Shown here: piece after piece, positions 63,810 through 64,000 of the stretch
Layout: the number at the start of each line of letters is the position of its first letter
How positions within the stretch are numbered: position 1 is the stretch's first letter
The notes under the pieces: model-generated
Database searches by the model: none
What the model saw: only the letters and a program-made list of their open reading frames with translations
What the model was told of the DNA's origin: nothing
Assembly: GCA_944371305.1 (NCBI GenBank)
Contig: CALVXM010000001.1
Location: 39,600-103,599 of the forward strand
Source: an uncultured Bacilli bacterium
GTDB taxonomy: Bacteria > Bacillota_I > Bacilli_A > RF39 > UBA660
Length of the DNA: 64,000 nucleotides
Reading direction: 5' to 3'
Position numbers and translations under genes: made by a program

Positions 63810-64000
63810 AATAGCCTTTATTCTTCTAACTCCAGCACTACTAGCTTCTTCTTTTAAAATTTTAAATTTACCTAATTCCCTAGTATTTTTAACGTGTGGA
63901 CCACCACATAACTCTTTTGATACATCACCGATACTATAAACAGTTACAACATCAGGATATTTTTCAATAAACATACATTCGGCACCTGAATTTATTGCCT
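63810..64000 (-). CDS. alaS: Partial CDS (3' end only): alanyl-tRNA synthetase editing-domain C-terminus (AlaS or AlaX-type), ending right after the CGG.H / GVRRI.A motifs
   Basis: RC reads ..[38 protein letters not shown]-stop; synteny with yrzL-ruvX favours alaS. Confidence 0.6.

Overview
The window is a 64 kb, strongly AT-rich chromosomal segment of a low-GC Gram-positive bacterium (Firmicutes-type). Long essential ORFs are intact under the standard genetic code, so TGA is a stop here. Peptidoglycan genes are present, so this is not a Mollicute. More than 85% of genes lie on the minus strand. Several gene orders are Bacillus-like: yqeG-yqeH, relA-dtd, and yrrM-mltG-yrzB-ruvX-yrzL-alaS.

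Recognisable core content:
- fmt and priA
- a collagen-like GXT-repeat protein
- a cell-wall block: hybrid histidine kinase, AMP-ligase, mraY, two murE paralogues, a secreted amidase, and a Mur ligase with an N-terminal membrane domain
- a complete arginine deiminase operon (amino-acid ABC transporter, arcA, arcB, arcC, YfcC-type carrier)
- addA/addB
- gltX, a sigma factor, transketolase and a TtcA-like PP-loop enzyme
- one tRNA-Gly(GCC)
- no rRNA and no CRISPR array

Accessory and unusual content:
- A family of four prepilin-type (class III signal, GFTL(I/V)ELL) genes is scattered through the window. Only one copy is intact. The others carry an A6 frameshift, an in-frame TGA exactly at the Gly(-1) cleavage-site codon, or multiple frameshifts.
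- Two of these paralogues share a conserved upstream module: a TTGTTT-N17-TATAAT promoter followed by a 22-23 codon leader ORF (M[IL]ENKV..LANST). One copy of the leader contains a C9/G9 homopolymer, which makes it a candidate phase-variable leader-peptide switch.
- A roughly 5 kb mobilisable element of Tn4451 architecture sits next to tRNA-Gly. It has a large serine recombinase, a Pre/MobV relaxase, an oriT-like GTGTG/TT site, two cargo genes of unknown function, and a tyrosine-integrase remnant.
- A Doc/Fic-like protein has a non-canonical QPFNDGNKR motif.
- A GC-rich, possibly structured, roughly 175-nt island lies upstream of tkt.

All calls rest on motif-level reading of the supplied translations and sequence. 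No database search was possible.
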